NCBI RefSeq assembly: GCF_006345805.1
Contig: NW_021832222.1
Span: 62,001 to 126,000 of the forward strand
From: Octopus sinensis
Taxonomy: Eukaryota
Length of the DNA: 64,000 bases
Direction: 5' to 3'
A program made the translations under genes and the position numbers. The notes below the pieces were generated by a model. The model was not told the origin of the DNA and did not search any database. It saw only the letters and a program-made list of their open reading frames with translations. This document shows positions 1-12,229 of the stretch, piece after piece. Numbering within the stretch: the first letter of the stretch is position 1; every line of letters starts with the position of its first letter.

Positions 1-884
1 TCTACAAGCTTCATCATTTGCTTCTTAAATTATAAATATGCTGGACCATATTTATCCACACAATTCTTCCCCATATACAATAAATTGTCCAACTACGAAA
101 AAGTCGAATGGAATAAAAGGTTCCATTAAACTCTAAACATCCTGAGATATATATCTACACTCCATGCCAGCATAGTGACGTGTTTGGCAATTTACGTTCT
201 TATGAGTGACGATAATCTCATCTCTGAACCACTATGGTTTCTAAATAGTTTTAAATAGTTCAGGCATCGATCCGATTCGGCCGTGTCTCTTTGCGGTGTT
301 GTTGTCGGCTATCTCGTTTTTGGTGCTTTTTGTACTGTTAATATTAAAAGATTTTATTATTTTATTCAAGTCGGTCAAATATTTTGGTGTCGACATTATT
401 TCATTTTTTCACCACATAATTTCCATAAATGCATATTTTTATGCGATGGTTTGATGATTGTTTTTAAACTTTATAGAGATATAAAACATGTCTTTATTTC
501 TCAATGTTTCGCCTACTTTCCGAGGCATCGACGCCCTGTATAAACTTCAGGTGAATTTCCCTTATTATTGAAAGATGGGGCTTCACTGTGATTGGATCTA
601 AAAAAACAAGTAAATATATTTTGGTGAACGGAGTGATGATGACGATTCTTTTTTTTGCTTGTCGTGTGGCCGTGATCCCCTTTTTTTGGATGAAAGTGAA
701 TTCTGTTTATGACACTCGTGGCTGGAGAGAGTTGGGACAACTCAGTGTGGTTTTGTTGTATTCCTGTATTGGACTGGATTTAATTAATTTGATTTGGTTC
801 TTTAAAATCTTCCGCGGATGTCGTGCAATATGTCATCGTTTCTTCTCTTGCAATAATAAACTTGGATCAGATCAAGAATTTTGA
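1..884 (+). CDS. TLCD4: TLC-domain membrane protein (TLCD4/TMEM56-like), 5' end outside window, several micro-introns
   Basis: Spliced translation gives KVEWNKR|YISTLHAS, FRLLSEASTPCINFR|WGF and NGVMMTILFFACRV...LDLINLIWFFKIFRGC, matching TLCD4 motifs (EWNSR.VST.H, FRLLAELSSPFVNQRW). GT-AG introns at 120-146 (27 nt) and 551-574 (24 nt); stop TGA 882-884. Confidence 0.8.
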
Positions 885-1659
885 TATTTTCAATTCCGGC
901 TCAGAACTATTAATATTTGTTTCCATTAAGTATATTTTAATGGGAACGTATAATTTGTTAAAATAATGTATTTTTCATTTCCAGTTATTTCAATAATCTT
1001 GTTAATTAAAACAAACAGGAAATTTAAGACCCGATCGTGTTAGTGATAAAATTTAATATCAAATTGCAAAGTATAAGAAACTTTCAATTAAGTACAAAAT
1101 ATGTATTTAAGTACTTTGCAATAAAACTGTCACAACAATTACTTCATTTATTTTTTCATTAATCAAATATGTAGTATCATAGTGAATCTTTATACTAAAA
1201 ACCACATAATGTTTGCAAAAAATTATTTTACTGGGAGAAATTAAAATTTTCAATGTATTAATGGTCAGAAATAACAAAACAAACTATTATCAAATGATAC
1301 CGTCTGGGAGATATTTTCATATTCCTTACTGAACGCAATAACGGCGATGTTTCTGATGCAGTTAATTTGGTTGAAACAGAAGGTAAATTTTTTATTTCTA
1401 AATATAATAGGTCTATTGCGGTAAAATTTTTATACCACAGATCCACCCTCAATGCTTAGATGTAGCGGTGGTTTCCGAGTTAGGATACAATCTCTTAATG
1501 TGAAAGAGAAACACCTTCACAGGATGTTGAAACCTTATGGCCCTGCTGCAGAGACACTAACTCTTCTACGTAAAAATGTTTTTGATGGTGTTATTAAAAT
1601 TGTCAAACATGTCAATATTTATAAATGTTTAGAAATGTATTTTTTGCGTCCATAGGGTC

Positions 1660-3300
1660 GTCTTTATCCAATCATTGCAAAAAAGCATATGGCTACTAAG
1701 CGTGGTAAAATGTTAAACAATGATTATCTACGAAGACACAGTGAGATTGTAAAGTGTATCCATCTTTATTTGTGTATAGTCTATGGCAGAGTTTTCCAGC
1801 TTTTTTTACGCGCCTCCCTTGAGAAAAAGTACAATCTTGCGCCTCCTTTATATTCCATATATAATACAATTATTATTTTATCAAAAACAATTTTTTAAAA
1901 CAAAAAGGTAATTGAGATAATTTTTTCCATCTTGGCGCAAGTTTTTAAATCTGGGTGTCATCGCAGAGAGTGCTACTCTTAGCTCATTAGTCACTACTAA
2001 ACGAGTTCGATATTTAGATTTAATTGCAGCTAGTGCAGAAATCCAGTTCGCATAAATATGAAGTAGCAAATGGCAACAAAACTTCATGCATTGCTTTATT
2101 CGAAAAAATTTCATATTCCGTTCTTACATTCAACCAAAAAGAAATTAGCGGTTCTCTCTCAAATTTTTGTTTCAATAATGTATCGCATGACAATTCTATC
2201 AATTTTCTTTTTCAAAGTTGTCAATGCAAATTGATTATCTTCTTCATCAATAAATGGATTCTGTATCCATTCGAACATTTTACAGTCGAGATCTTTAAAT
2301 AATAGGAGCAAAATGCTTCAACAAACAATCCAAATGTTCAGCAAATATGTCTTTGTTTGCTTCAATGTTCACTATGGCGCAAAAGGTGTTTAAAAGTGGA
2401 AACATGTCATAGATATTTTTTTGTATATTTGATTCCATAATACCAATTTTTTTATAAATGCTTTTATTTTGTCCTTTGAGAGAATAAATGTAGTTGTGGT
2501 CCCCTGCATGATTTATTCTAGCGACTGTGTTATCAGCAAGCGGTATTTGCTGTAATTGTTTTGCATAGGATTCGCCAAACATTGCTTCAACCATATCGAT
2601 AGCTGCTGGCAAACTAGAGTTTCTCCGATATTGTGCGGTTTCTTGCATTTTGCAATCCTGTAAGAAACTTTGTACGATGCTAGTAAAGCATTTGAAGAGA
2701 CAGAAACAAGTTTTTTTTAACGATTTCGTTTGGTTATCAAACTCTTCTAATTTTCTTTTAAAAAATTCTTCAGACTTATGGACATGTTCAGAATGCATCG
2801 TTCAAAATGTCTTCTTAATTTGCATGGCCTCATACTATCTGCTGCAAGTGTTTTGAGGCAAAGCAAACAGAGGGGTTTTCCATAGAATCAACAAAGATAC
2901 GTGTGAATCCTAACAATAAGTAAGATGGAAAGTATTTTCTTGTCTTTGGAGTGGTATTGATTATTCCAATCATTTTGATTTTTGAACCATCGTCAAAATC
3001 TTTATTATTCGTGAATTTTCTTTTGCAACCACTCAAGAATTTATTCATGTGTTAAAATTATTTAATTGTCTAATAAATTAAATAAATTTTGAAAAAATAT
3101 AATTTTTAAAATAACTCTTATTATCGGAATATAGTCACGTTTTTTACATAGATATAATTTTCTAAAAATGTTTCTGAAATACTTTTCGCGCCTCCCTTGA
3201 CACGAGTCAACGCCTCCCTAGGGAGGCGCGCCTCCCCATTTGGAAACCTCTGGTCTATGGTATTAGAAAAGGAAGGAAGATAAAGGCTCTTTAAAATTAA
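1660..3300 (+). mobile_element. Decayed R4/Dong-like non-LTR retrotransposon fragment, split by a Buster element
   Basis: HMATKRGKMLNNDYLRRHSEIVKCIHLYLCIVYG (1689-1786) resumes after the 8-bp TSD as IRKGRKIKA (3261-3290). It parallels HLATRCNRMLNSDYTRRHNEIVKCIHMHLCRKFGFKKSKRLK in the element at 3.7-7.2 kb. Confidence 0.75.
1787..3252 (-). mobile_element. hAT Buster/ZBED5-type DNA transposon, internally deleted and frameshifted
   Basis: TIRs CAGAGTTTTCCA (1787) and CAGAGGTTTCCA (rc, ends 3252); exact 8-bp TSD GTCTATGG (1779-1786, 3253-3260) with the central TA typical of Buster. Subterminal CGCCTCCC motifs include a perfect 18-bp palindrome at 3211-3228. Transposase pieces: RKYFPSYLLLGFT, LPAAIDMVEAMFGESYAKQLQQIPLADNTV, LLPFATSYLCELDF, AIKSKYRTRL. 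Confidence 0.92.
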
Positions 3301-3698
3301 AAAAGCAACTTCCTTTTTGCTTGAATTAGAAAAAATTGCTTGTTCCAATTAGCACCATTGATTAAATTTTGTTGTAAAATGATATCAAAACATTGGATTA
3401 TTTGATTTTTTGTTTTTTTCCAATAACTATCAGTGCGAATTTAAAATCAGTTCATGATTTAAGAATATGTGCTGAGAAGGATATTAGGATGTATCTTTTA
3501 CAACAGATCCGAAAATAGAAAACAAAACAGACAACTCAATAATCAAATATTTTTTTCCTTAATTTTTTAAAAATCAATAAGGGGGAGAAATATTATTTAT
3601 ATGCCAAAGGGTGCGTAAAAAAAGCTCAAGAATCATTAGATATAAATTTTATGTTTCATCATATCTATTTGAAGTAAGATAAGTATTATGAGGACGGG

Positions 3699-6600
3699 AG
3701 AAAAATAATTGTTTTGTGGTGTACGGATGGTTGGTTTTTCGCAGTCTGAAAAAGTCATTCCCATGGACGGATCCACAGAAATTTTAACAAATGGAACTCA
3801 AGAAAGTGTGGACCTGACAGTTCATGGTCATCCTGATGCATCGGGCAATTGCAATTACGGACCCCCACAGACCCCTTCAACTTTGATTCCCATGAAAGCT
3901 ATTTGTGAGTCAATCGAATCTTCCAACCCTGGAGAATGGATGTCATCTCTATTGATTTGTGTCAAAGACCGTCTTAAACGAGTCCCCAGAGGAGGTTGGC
4001 CCCTCATTGCTACATATTTTAATTCTACATTCGGAAAAAAGAAATCAATATATGAATTAAAAAAAACTTGCTTCTTGAGGAATTATAATTCAAATTGATG
4101 CAAATAATTCTAAAACAATCGATGCGAGGCAACAGACATGGAAGATACCGTCTCAATATGTAATCACGAGTTAATCGAAATAATAAATAAATCATTGATC
4201 GAATATACAAAAACAACCTACCTACAAGTATTGAAGATATTTCAACTCTGATATATTCGCGCAATGTGTGTATCAACAAATTACAATGAGAGATCCATTA
4301 AAACGAATTGGAGCAGAGAATACAAAATAAAATTGAGTCTTTGACTGAAAAAAATATATTAATATCAAATACTTTATGTCTACTATCAAAGACGAAGAAA
4401 AGAAGAAAGTCGTTGATATTTTATGTTCTTACAATTACAAAAAATCCAAAAGGGGAGAATTTGAAAGAATCTCGACAACAATCACAGACCAGATTCGAAT
4501 TCTAAACAAAAAGGTGTCTATTGCAGATTCAAGGCGACAATACGGAATTGATAATCGGAAGTTTGAGTTGAATCGAAGGTCGTTCTACAGAAACCTCCAT
4601 TCTAACTCTGATAATCCTTTGATTGATTGTTTCGACACATCTGATTGTCTCAAATTTTGGATGGACGTCTGGAAGAAAAAGGACAAAAATGAGTTAAGTT
4701 TTGGAGTGAATAAGAGAGTTACTGGTGCTGAGCACCATGACTCCGACATCAATGACGAGTTCATTTTAAACTTAATTGAATCTCTTCCTAACTGGAGAGC
4801 TCCGGGATGTGATTGTGTATACAATTTTTTCATCAAAAAATTGGATTCTCTTCACAAATTCCTATTTCAAGAAATCAGAAATATTATTAACGGAACTAGT
4901 CACCCGCAAAGTTGGTTTTATACTGGAATCACTTACCTGATCCCAAAGAAAGCAACCTCTATTTACCCCAAGGACCTCAGACCGATCACATGTATGCCAT
5001 GTTTGTACAAACTGGTTACAAAGTGTGTGAATGAAAAAATTGCAATATATGCCGACACTTACAACTTGATAACTGAGTACCAGCTTGGAACTAAACGACA
5101 TTGTCAAGGAGCAAAAGAACTTGCATTTTTAAACAGATGCGTCAACAAAGCGCACGATAATAAATTATTTTGTGCATGGATCGACGTCAAGAAAGCATTT
5201 GACTCAGTTAGTCATGACTTTCTTGTTGAAATCCTCGAAAACTCTGGACTGCCTAATTGGATAACTAGTTTTATTATGTCAATTATTCCAAACTGGAAAG
5301 TCTCTTTGAGATTGGGAAAAAAACAGCTGGGGACTGTTAATATAGAACGTGGTATACTCCAAGGCGACTCTCTGTCGCCCCAATTATTTGTACTTGTTTT
5401 GGATCCGTTAAGTAGACTTTTATCTTCAAAATATCCAAATATATCGATAAATTCTGGTGACATTAATTCCTTAACCTTTTCTACAAATCACTTCCTATTC
5501 ATTGACGACTTGAAGCTATTGTCCAAAGAAGAGGAGACATTGGCGTGGATGATGGAAGATGTGAACTATTACTTTGAATCATCTGGTCTGGAGAGGAATT
5601 TCGATAAATCAGCAACAAATAGTTACCTATTAAGAAATGATGGTAAATTGATGGATGGTCTGGACAGCTACAGATATTTGGGAGTTTTAGAAAACAGATG
5701 TAGTGAAGTACTCAAAGAAGACGTACTCAAAAATATTAAAGAAGAAATGCAAAACCGTATTGAAAAGTTATCGGAAACTAAATTAAACTCAGTCAATTTA
5801 TTTAAAGCAATCAATGAACATGCTCTATCACTGTGCAATTACTATATTGGACTCATTGACTTAGAACCCTGTGAATTTGAAGAAATTGATAAATTAATCA
5901 GAAAAATACTTATGAATTTGAATGTGCACATGAAACCAGCTTGCAAAGAGAGACTTTACTTACCGAGGAATATGTTTGGAAGGGGATTGATATCTATCAC
6001 TTTCAAAGCTGAGAAAATGTTGTTTGATTTCAAAACAAGTCTGGAAAGGCGAAAATTTACTTCTCTGAGGAGTGCAGGAATTCTGTGGGCTGAACAACAA
6101 AGAAAGTCACATATGGCCACAATCACAGAATTCTTGCAAATAAAATATGAATCAACCCAGCACATTGAACAGACACTAAAGAGTCTGCAGATTGAGTGTC
6201 TGTTATCAGCTATTAAAAAGAAAACTCTCCATTCAAAATTATTTGAATCACTTGATAATGAGACTTTCGATATACAGACATCCTCAAAATGGATTGTAAA
6301 AGGAAATATTTCCCTAAATCTGAAGCCATGTTCTTCCTTCTGCAGGACAGGAATATTTTCTTCCGCGAGCTTGGTTCGAAATGCCCACATTGCAAATCTT
6401 CTAATAAGACAGTCGACCATTTGGCAACTCGATGCAATAGAATGCTTAATTCCGATTATACAAGGCGACACAACGAAATTGTTAAATGCATACACATGCA
6501 CCTATGCAGAAAATTTGGATTCAAAAAATCAAAAAGGTTAAAGACTCACTCTATCCAAAGCGTAATTACCAATGATCGTGCTGAATTGCGAGTTGACACT

Positions 6601-7193
6601 ACTATCCCTACCGAGTCAAAAATTCAATATAACAAGCCGGACATTTTCCTATACGACAAAAAATTAAACCACATATGGCTAATAGAGATTGGAGTTACGT
6701 GTGTGGATAATTTAAAAGCAGTTGAAGTTGAAAAACTTCATAAATATGATATCCTGGCAAGTGAATTAGAAATCATTTACAAAGCCAAAGTCAAAATACT
6801 TCCGATTGTCATTACCTGGGATGCGATCACCTCCAAGTATTTTAAAATATACATGGATTTGATTGGCATTAAAGACAGTGTTCTGGCATACATCCAAACG
6901 ATTGCATTAAAGAAGACGTTGGAAGGAATGTTCGTAGAATATAAACATGGTTTCGAAGACGTAATGACTAAAGCATTGATTCTCAACAAAGATTATGCAG
7001 TGTGGAACACTCACCAAAGGGGAGCTAACTCGATGAAGAGGAGACATGATGAGGTGACAGAAAACGAATACTCTGAGGAAGGACAAATTAATAGCAAGAG
7101 GATCACGAAAGATGATGGTGCTGTTCAGGGAGGCCCAAGACAGTAAATGAAAAATTTAGTTAATCTAACTTTTAATTTATCATTAATTGTATT
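3699..7193 (+). mobile_element. Near full-length R4/Dong-like (RLE-type) non-LTR retrotransposon; single ORF broken by frameshifts
   Basis: RT motifs NWRAPGCD, LRPITCMPCLYK, WIDVKKAFDSVSH, GILQGDSLSP, FLFIDDLKL, YRYLG (ORF 4376-6541). C-terminal CCHC knuckle CPHC...H...C, RHNEIV, KPDI, IEIG and KLHKY of a PD-(D/E)xK endonuclease (ORF 6289-7146). Flanked by 13-bp direct repeat TTATGAGGACGGG (3686-3698, 7194-7206). Confidence 0.9.
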
Positions 7194-7379
7194 TTATGAG
7201 GACGGGTTTTATCATTAATTTCTGATCTTTAATAGGGTTTTATCATGTTGATTTATTGTAAAAAAGTAATATCGCAAAAGTGTTGATTTATTGTAAAAAG
7301 TGATATGATTAAACTAAAGAACTTTTATAAATGCTGTCACAAATTTTTTCTTAGTTCAGGCAAAAGTGATAAAAGATTA

Positions 7380-7640
7380 ATCGAAGGGAGTGCCAGCAGC
7401 CTGGCGGATCGCCAAACTGTTCCCCCGGATAACGGCAATCGAGAACCGCTGAAAAAGCCAGTCCACCTCCCGAGGATCGTGACTGCGCATGGAGATTTTG
7501 GCCCCGAGCTTGCGGAGAAACTTTTCCGTCTTTTGACCAAAAGCACCCGACGTCTAAAACATATAACTTTTATCAAGGTCAAACTACAAGACAAACCCAA
7601 CTATTACGCATTCCTTGGCAGACGTTTACTATGCTGCAAA
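7380..7640 (+). mobile_element. Possible CRE-like endonuclease 3' remnant
   Basis: GC-rich island translating PRIVTAHGDFGPELAEKLFRLL, resembling the PIVVETSGVFG motif of the CRE element at 42.6-45.8 kb; weak. Confidence 0.35.
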
Positions 7641-7779
7641 TTTTTATCAAAAATGTAAAAATTAATATTTATCAGGTAATTCATTGAGGTCTAAATGAGA
7701 TAATTTTATGTGTTGAACAATTAAAAATGTGATAAATTTTCCAAAAGTTAAATTTACAATCATAATTTATTGAATAAAA

Positions 7780-7990
7780 ACAACTTGCCGCCCAACATTC
7801 CTTTGTCCCTCTGACATTCGAGACCTCAGAGCCTTTGCCTCACAAACATTCGAATTTCTGAATGACGTCGGCCTTTATTTGCATGCGAATCCTCTTGGCT
7901 AAGACAGAGGATCTCGTTTAAAAAGCTATCCGCTTGACAGGGATCTAACCGTCCTCTGTAAATGCTCGCAGATTTAACATGTTTCTCTTT
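7780..7990 (+). mobile_element. CRE-like endonuclease 3' remnant
   Basis: LAAQHSFVPLTFETS...FEFLNDVG matches the F.P..(V/F)ET.G...L..LG C-terminus of CRE-clade proteins. Confidence 0.5.
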
Positions 7991-8187
7991 TCGGACTTTT
8001 TTCGTTTAATGTTATTTAATTGAATTAATTAAAACTTAATACTTCCGGGAAGCAACTGACACCATTTAACGCTTCAGCGTTTATTTTTTTATTGATAATC
8101 GATATTAATCGTAATTGGTCATAAATAAGTTGAGTGTGCACGAACATTTGTTATGTATGAATATATTTATTTTAAATAGATTATTAA

Positions 8188-9258
8188 ATGGCTGACAGTC
8201 AAGTTAGTGTATCGTTCGCAGGATGTGGATTCCTTGGAATATATCATGTGGGTGTGGCTCGTTGTATGCAAGAACACGCCCCTCATTTGTTTACTGGTCG
8301 ATTTTTGGGCAGTTCTGTTGGTGGTCTTATTGCGGCCTCATTAATATTGGGGCATCCTCTTTCAGTGATTTCTGATCTCATGATTGATCTGAGCACACAA
8401 GCTCGTTGTCGTTTTTTAGGCCCTTTTCATCCTTCGTTTAACTTGTCTAAAATACTCAAACGAATAATAAAGAATTCATTTCCTCCTAATGCATATCAAC
8501 TTTGTTCTGGAAGATTACACCTCTCTCTTACTCGTCTTTCCGATGGCAGTAACGTTATTGTAAATCAATTTGATTCAAATTGCGAATTAATTGACGCTTT
8601 AATGTGTTCATGCCATATTCCTATATTTTCTGGGCTGGTTCCCCCTAAATATCGCAGGGTTTTTTATGTTGATGGATTTTTATCTGATAATTTGTTGGAA
8701 TTTGACGAAAATACAATCACTGTGTCTCCGTTTTGTGGGTCTGTTGATATTTGTCCTCGTGATTTTTGTGAAATGCCATTTGGTTCGTTTATTGGGAATA
8801 CTCCAATGCAGTTCACTCTTTTTAATTTTTCTCGACTCATTAATGTCGTTTATCCACCCTCTAGGAGAGATCTTGCCTCCATTGCTCGTCAGGGATATCA
8901 TGACGCTCATCGTTTTATTCTGTTCTATTCTTCCCCGTCATCTCCATCTTTTCTATGCCACTATGCCCCTCAGTCCAGCTGTTCGTGCTGTGTGAATGCT
9001 TACTATAATCCTACACAGGATAGAAAATCTATGATCTTTAATTACTCAAGAATTATATCAAGTTTCATTTTATTGCCACTGGAAATGATAATTTCGTTTG
9101 TTTTTCGCTTTATTGCATATTTTCCTGAATTTTTTGGAGATTTGAGGCTATTTTTTCGAATTATTTACAGACAGTCTAAAAATGGATTGAAAAGATCTCC
9201 TAAAATGATTTTATATTCAAATGGGGATATACTTGCCACGTTTAAACTTTTTATTTAA
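8188..9258 (+). CDS. PNPLA2: Patatin-like phospholipase / triglyceride lipase (PNPLA2/ATGL-like)
   Basis: 356-aa ORF with SFAGCGFLGIYHVGV oxyanion motif, nucleophile GSSVG, SLTRLSDG, CSCHIP and YVDGFLSDN (catalytic Asp). A possible in-frame 27-nt intron lies at 8992-9018. Confidence 0.9.
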   Translation: MADSQVSVSFAGCGFLGIYHVGVARCMQEHAPHLFTGRFLGSSVGGLIAASLILGHPLSVISDLMIDLSTQARCRFLGPFHPSFNLSKILKRIIKNSFPPNAYQLCSGRLHLSLTRLSDGSNVIVNQFDSNCELIDALMCSCHIPIFSGLVPPKYRRVFYVDGFLSDNLLEFDENTITVSPFCGSVDICPRDFCEMPFGSFIGNTPMQFTLFNFSRLINVVYPPSRRDLASIARQGYHDAHRFILFYSSPSSPSFLCHYAPQSSCSCCVNAYYNPTQDRKSMIFNYSRIISSFILLPLEMIISFVFRFIAYFPEFFGDLRLFFRIIYRQSKNGLKRSPKMILYSNGDILATFKLFI

Positions 9259-9476
9259 TTTAGATATTAATTTTTTATCTTTATTTTTATATTGGTGGAC
9301 CTTTTTTAAATAAAATAGTAGCTAAGTGATTTATGTACAACTTATTTTTACAGTAGCTATATTATTAATGCTGCCTATTTTTCTAATAATAATTAAATTA
9401 TTCAAATTATTGGATTTATAACTACCTTATATCAAAAATAACTAAAACTGATAATTTAAATTTATTTCAGTCCAAA

Positions 9477-10439
9477 ATGTCAAAAAATTCATCGACATTG
9501 GAGTCTTTTAGTCGAAGAGATTTGGTCACGTGGGTCAACGTCTGTTTAGAGTCAAACTTGGAAAAGGTTGAAGATATGTGTACAGGTACATTTATTGTGA
9601 TTATAATCAATTAAACACTTTTGATTAATTAATTTAGGTGCTGGGTATTGTCAACTAATGGATATGCTTTTTCCTGGTTTTAAGTCATTTATCAATATTA
9701 GGCTCAATTCCACTGAGGAAAGTAAAATTTCAAGCAAAAACCGAAGCAGATTTTATTCAAAATTTTAAACTTATACAAGACGCTTTCAAAAAAATGAACA
9801 TTGACAAGGTTGAAATAATTAAAAAAATCATGTTTAGAACATTCTTGTTGAAAAACTAATTCCAGGACGTTTACAAGACAATCTTGAGTTTCTACGATGG
9901 TTCTATAAATTTTTTCAATCGAAATATGAAGAGAAAAGTAAATATGAGGCATCTATTGCTCGAATGGGACAAATAATTTCTCCTTTTTTAAATTCTGTCA
10001 AAAATAGATCAACTGAAAAGCAGATTCAAAAATGTTCGAATACAAACGATCGAACAATTCAATCCAAAATGAAATCTGCTTCTCAGAAACGTTTATTCTG
10101 CATGATTTACCTTAATAGCTTCAAATACAATTGTTAAAAGTCAGTCTGATGGATCGCAGCGGAAAGAATCCAGAGAAACTGTCGATGAAGTGAAAAATTC
10201 AATATTGATTTATAAAATAGTTTGAACATTTGTGTGTGAAGAAAGAAAGAGATTTCTATTTTGAAAAATTAAGGAAAATTGAAATTTTGTGTCAGACTAA
10301 CAGTCAGCCGGATCAATCTACACTTAAAAAAATTGCTGACATTTTGTACGAAACCGAGGTGTGCATATTTGCTAAAATACAGGACGGATTCATAATCCCT
10401 GAAAAAAACGTTTTAGACAGCGAGGCCTGCTGCATGTGA
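9477..10439 (+). CDS. MAPRE1: Microtubule end-binding protein EB1 (CH + EBH domains)
   Basis: MSKNSSTLESFSRRDLVTWVN...DMCTG|AGYCQLMDMLFP (CH domain); KERDFYFEKLRKIEILCQ...IADILYETE|DGFIIPE (EBH domain). Confidence 0.93.
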
Positions 10440-11394
10440 TTTATTATATTGATTTTAGTCATTCTTGAGTTTGGTTTATTATCTGTTGATAATGGTGCTA
10501 TTAATTTCCGATATTAATTACATTGTGAGATCAATAAAATACGCGAAATCGTAAATTATTAGTCCTAAGAAGACATGGGACATAAAAGCCAGAGGTTGAA
10601 CCATTGTCCATAGTTACTAAATCTAGTTGATGATCAGAAAAACTACTTGTAGTTAATTTTGAAATTAATTTAGTAATTTCGACAATCATCCTGATATTTC
10701 TCGTTTTGAAGCCAAAAAAAGTAAGCTGACTGCAACGTAAATAGATTAGAAATGTTTTTTTAGAAATTGCATCGAGATGTCATATTTCTTAAATCATAAA
10801 ATATCTTTATAAATGCATAATAACTAGTTCTTCCTTATACCGTTATAGGGCAATGATATTTATGAGAAACTATTTATTTTACAAATTTAAGAACATGTAT
10901 TAGTTATAAGAAATTAAAGCATCATTAAATAGATTTCACAATGACCATATAATACTTCCAACTTATGATTAAAATAATTTCAGACAATTCAAATTTTGTA
11001 CGAGAACAGATAAATTGTGGATTCGCAGTTTTTGATTCTTCCATTGCCTCAAAAGTGTTCTTTGCAGTAGCATGAGTAAAATTAGAAATAGATTCCAAAC
11101 TTTCGCTGTCCAGAGTGCTAACGATCACTTGTCCTATGGGGATAGCTGAATTAAAATATGACCTTCGTGGTTAAAACACGCAGTCCCCTTCACGTTTTTA
11201 TAGGTTTTTAATTGATTTAAAAGTTGGATTGTACTTTCCTAAAAATAAATACAAGCAACACCATTCGTAATAAATAATATTATTGTTTTTTTAATTTAAT
11301 TATTCTTAATAGTATTTAAATATATTCGAATTCTATGAATTCTTGAAATTTTCCGAAATTTATTTATTAAATTGAAATTTCTAACATTACCAGA

Positions 11395-12145
11395 TATTTT
11401 TTCCAAATGGTTTCTACAATCAACCACAATAAAACTGAACATACGAAATTTATTCGATCTGAACGAACTCATGATGAGCCCTGGAGAAGACAAAAAAAAG
11501 TCGGATCTCTCTTAGGGGACTCTGAAGACATTATGCACAGAAAAATACTATCAATTGCCACATACAATAAGTTATGAACATCTGGCGCCTAAAGAAGCTA
11601 ATTCAAAGACAAAACTTAAAATATACAACACATTTGTTGTCCCAGTCCTAATGTACAATGGATCGACGTGGGGAATCAGTAAGACCGATATGAACAATTT
11701 GGACCGATTTCATCGGAACCAACTGAGAAGAGTGATAAACATGCAATTCTCAAGGAAAATAGCAAATTCCACCCTATACAAAAGATGCAATTCGAGACCG
11801 ATCTCTATGGACATCCTGGAGTCCAGATGGCGACTCTTTGGACACATATTAAGACTTGACAGCCTCACTCCGCCGAATATCGCGATGGAAAACTACTTTG
11901 CCCATTCCAAAGGAGACTTCCGTGGAAGACCAGGGTCACTCTGGCTACCACGCTAAATGAAGATCTAGCTGGAATTAATAAAAAACTGAAAAATGGCGAT
12001 GATCTCGACTCACTCAGGACGATCGCACTGACCGGAGAGCCTGGAGACGCATGACCGGGAGAATTTCAATGGTGGCACAAGGAAAGCTTAATTAACTTAT
12101 GACTTTTCCGAAAGTGCTTTATAATTAATTAATTAATTAATTTTA
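11395..12145 (+). mobile_element. 5'-truncated RTE-clade non-LTR retrotransposon (3' end)
   Basis: KKVGSLLGDSEDIMHRK, KTKLKIYNTFVVPVLMYNGSTW, RWRLFGHILRL, FRGRP; ends in a short 3' UTR and an (AATT)n tail at ~12122-12141. Confidence 0.85.
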
Positions 12146-12229
12146 ATCAAAAAATCACAACATTTTTTGAGTTTAAGACGGGCTATGTAAGTTTTAGAAT
12201 ATTATTTCGGCTAAAAGAATAATTAATTA

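Noticed and set aside
8188-9258. PNPLA2 as an intronless retrogene
   Set aside because: A 25-nt GT-AG segment sits just upstream of the ATG and a 27-nt in-frame candidate intron lies at 8992-9018; no poly(A) remnant or TSD is seen.
9440-9476. Trans-splice acceptor or operon signal before EB1 (TTTATTTCAG 6 nt before the ATG)
   Set aside because: GT donors exist ~115-135 nt upstream, matching the longer first introns seen in RAB11 and CCT7; a cis 5'-UTR intron is the simpler explanation.
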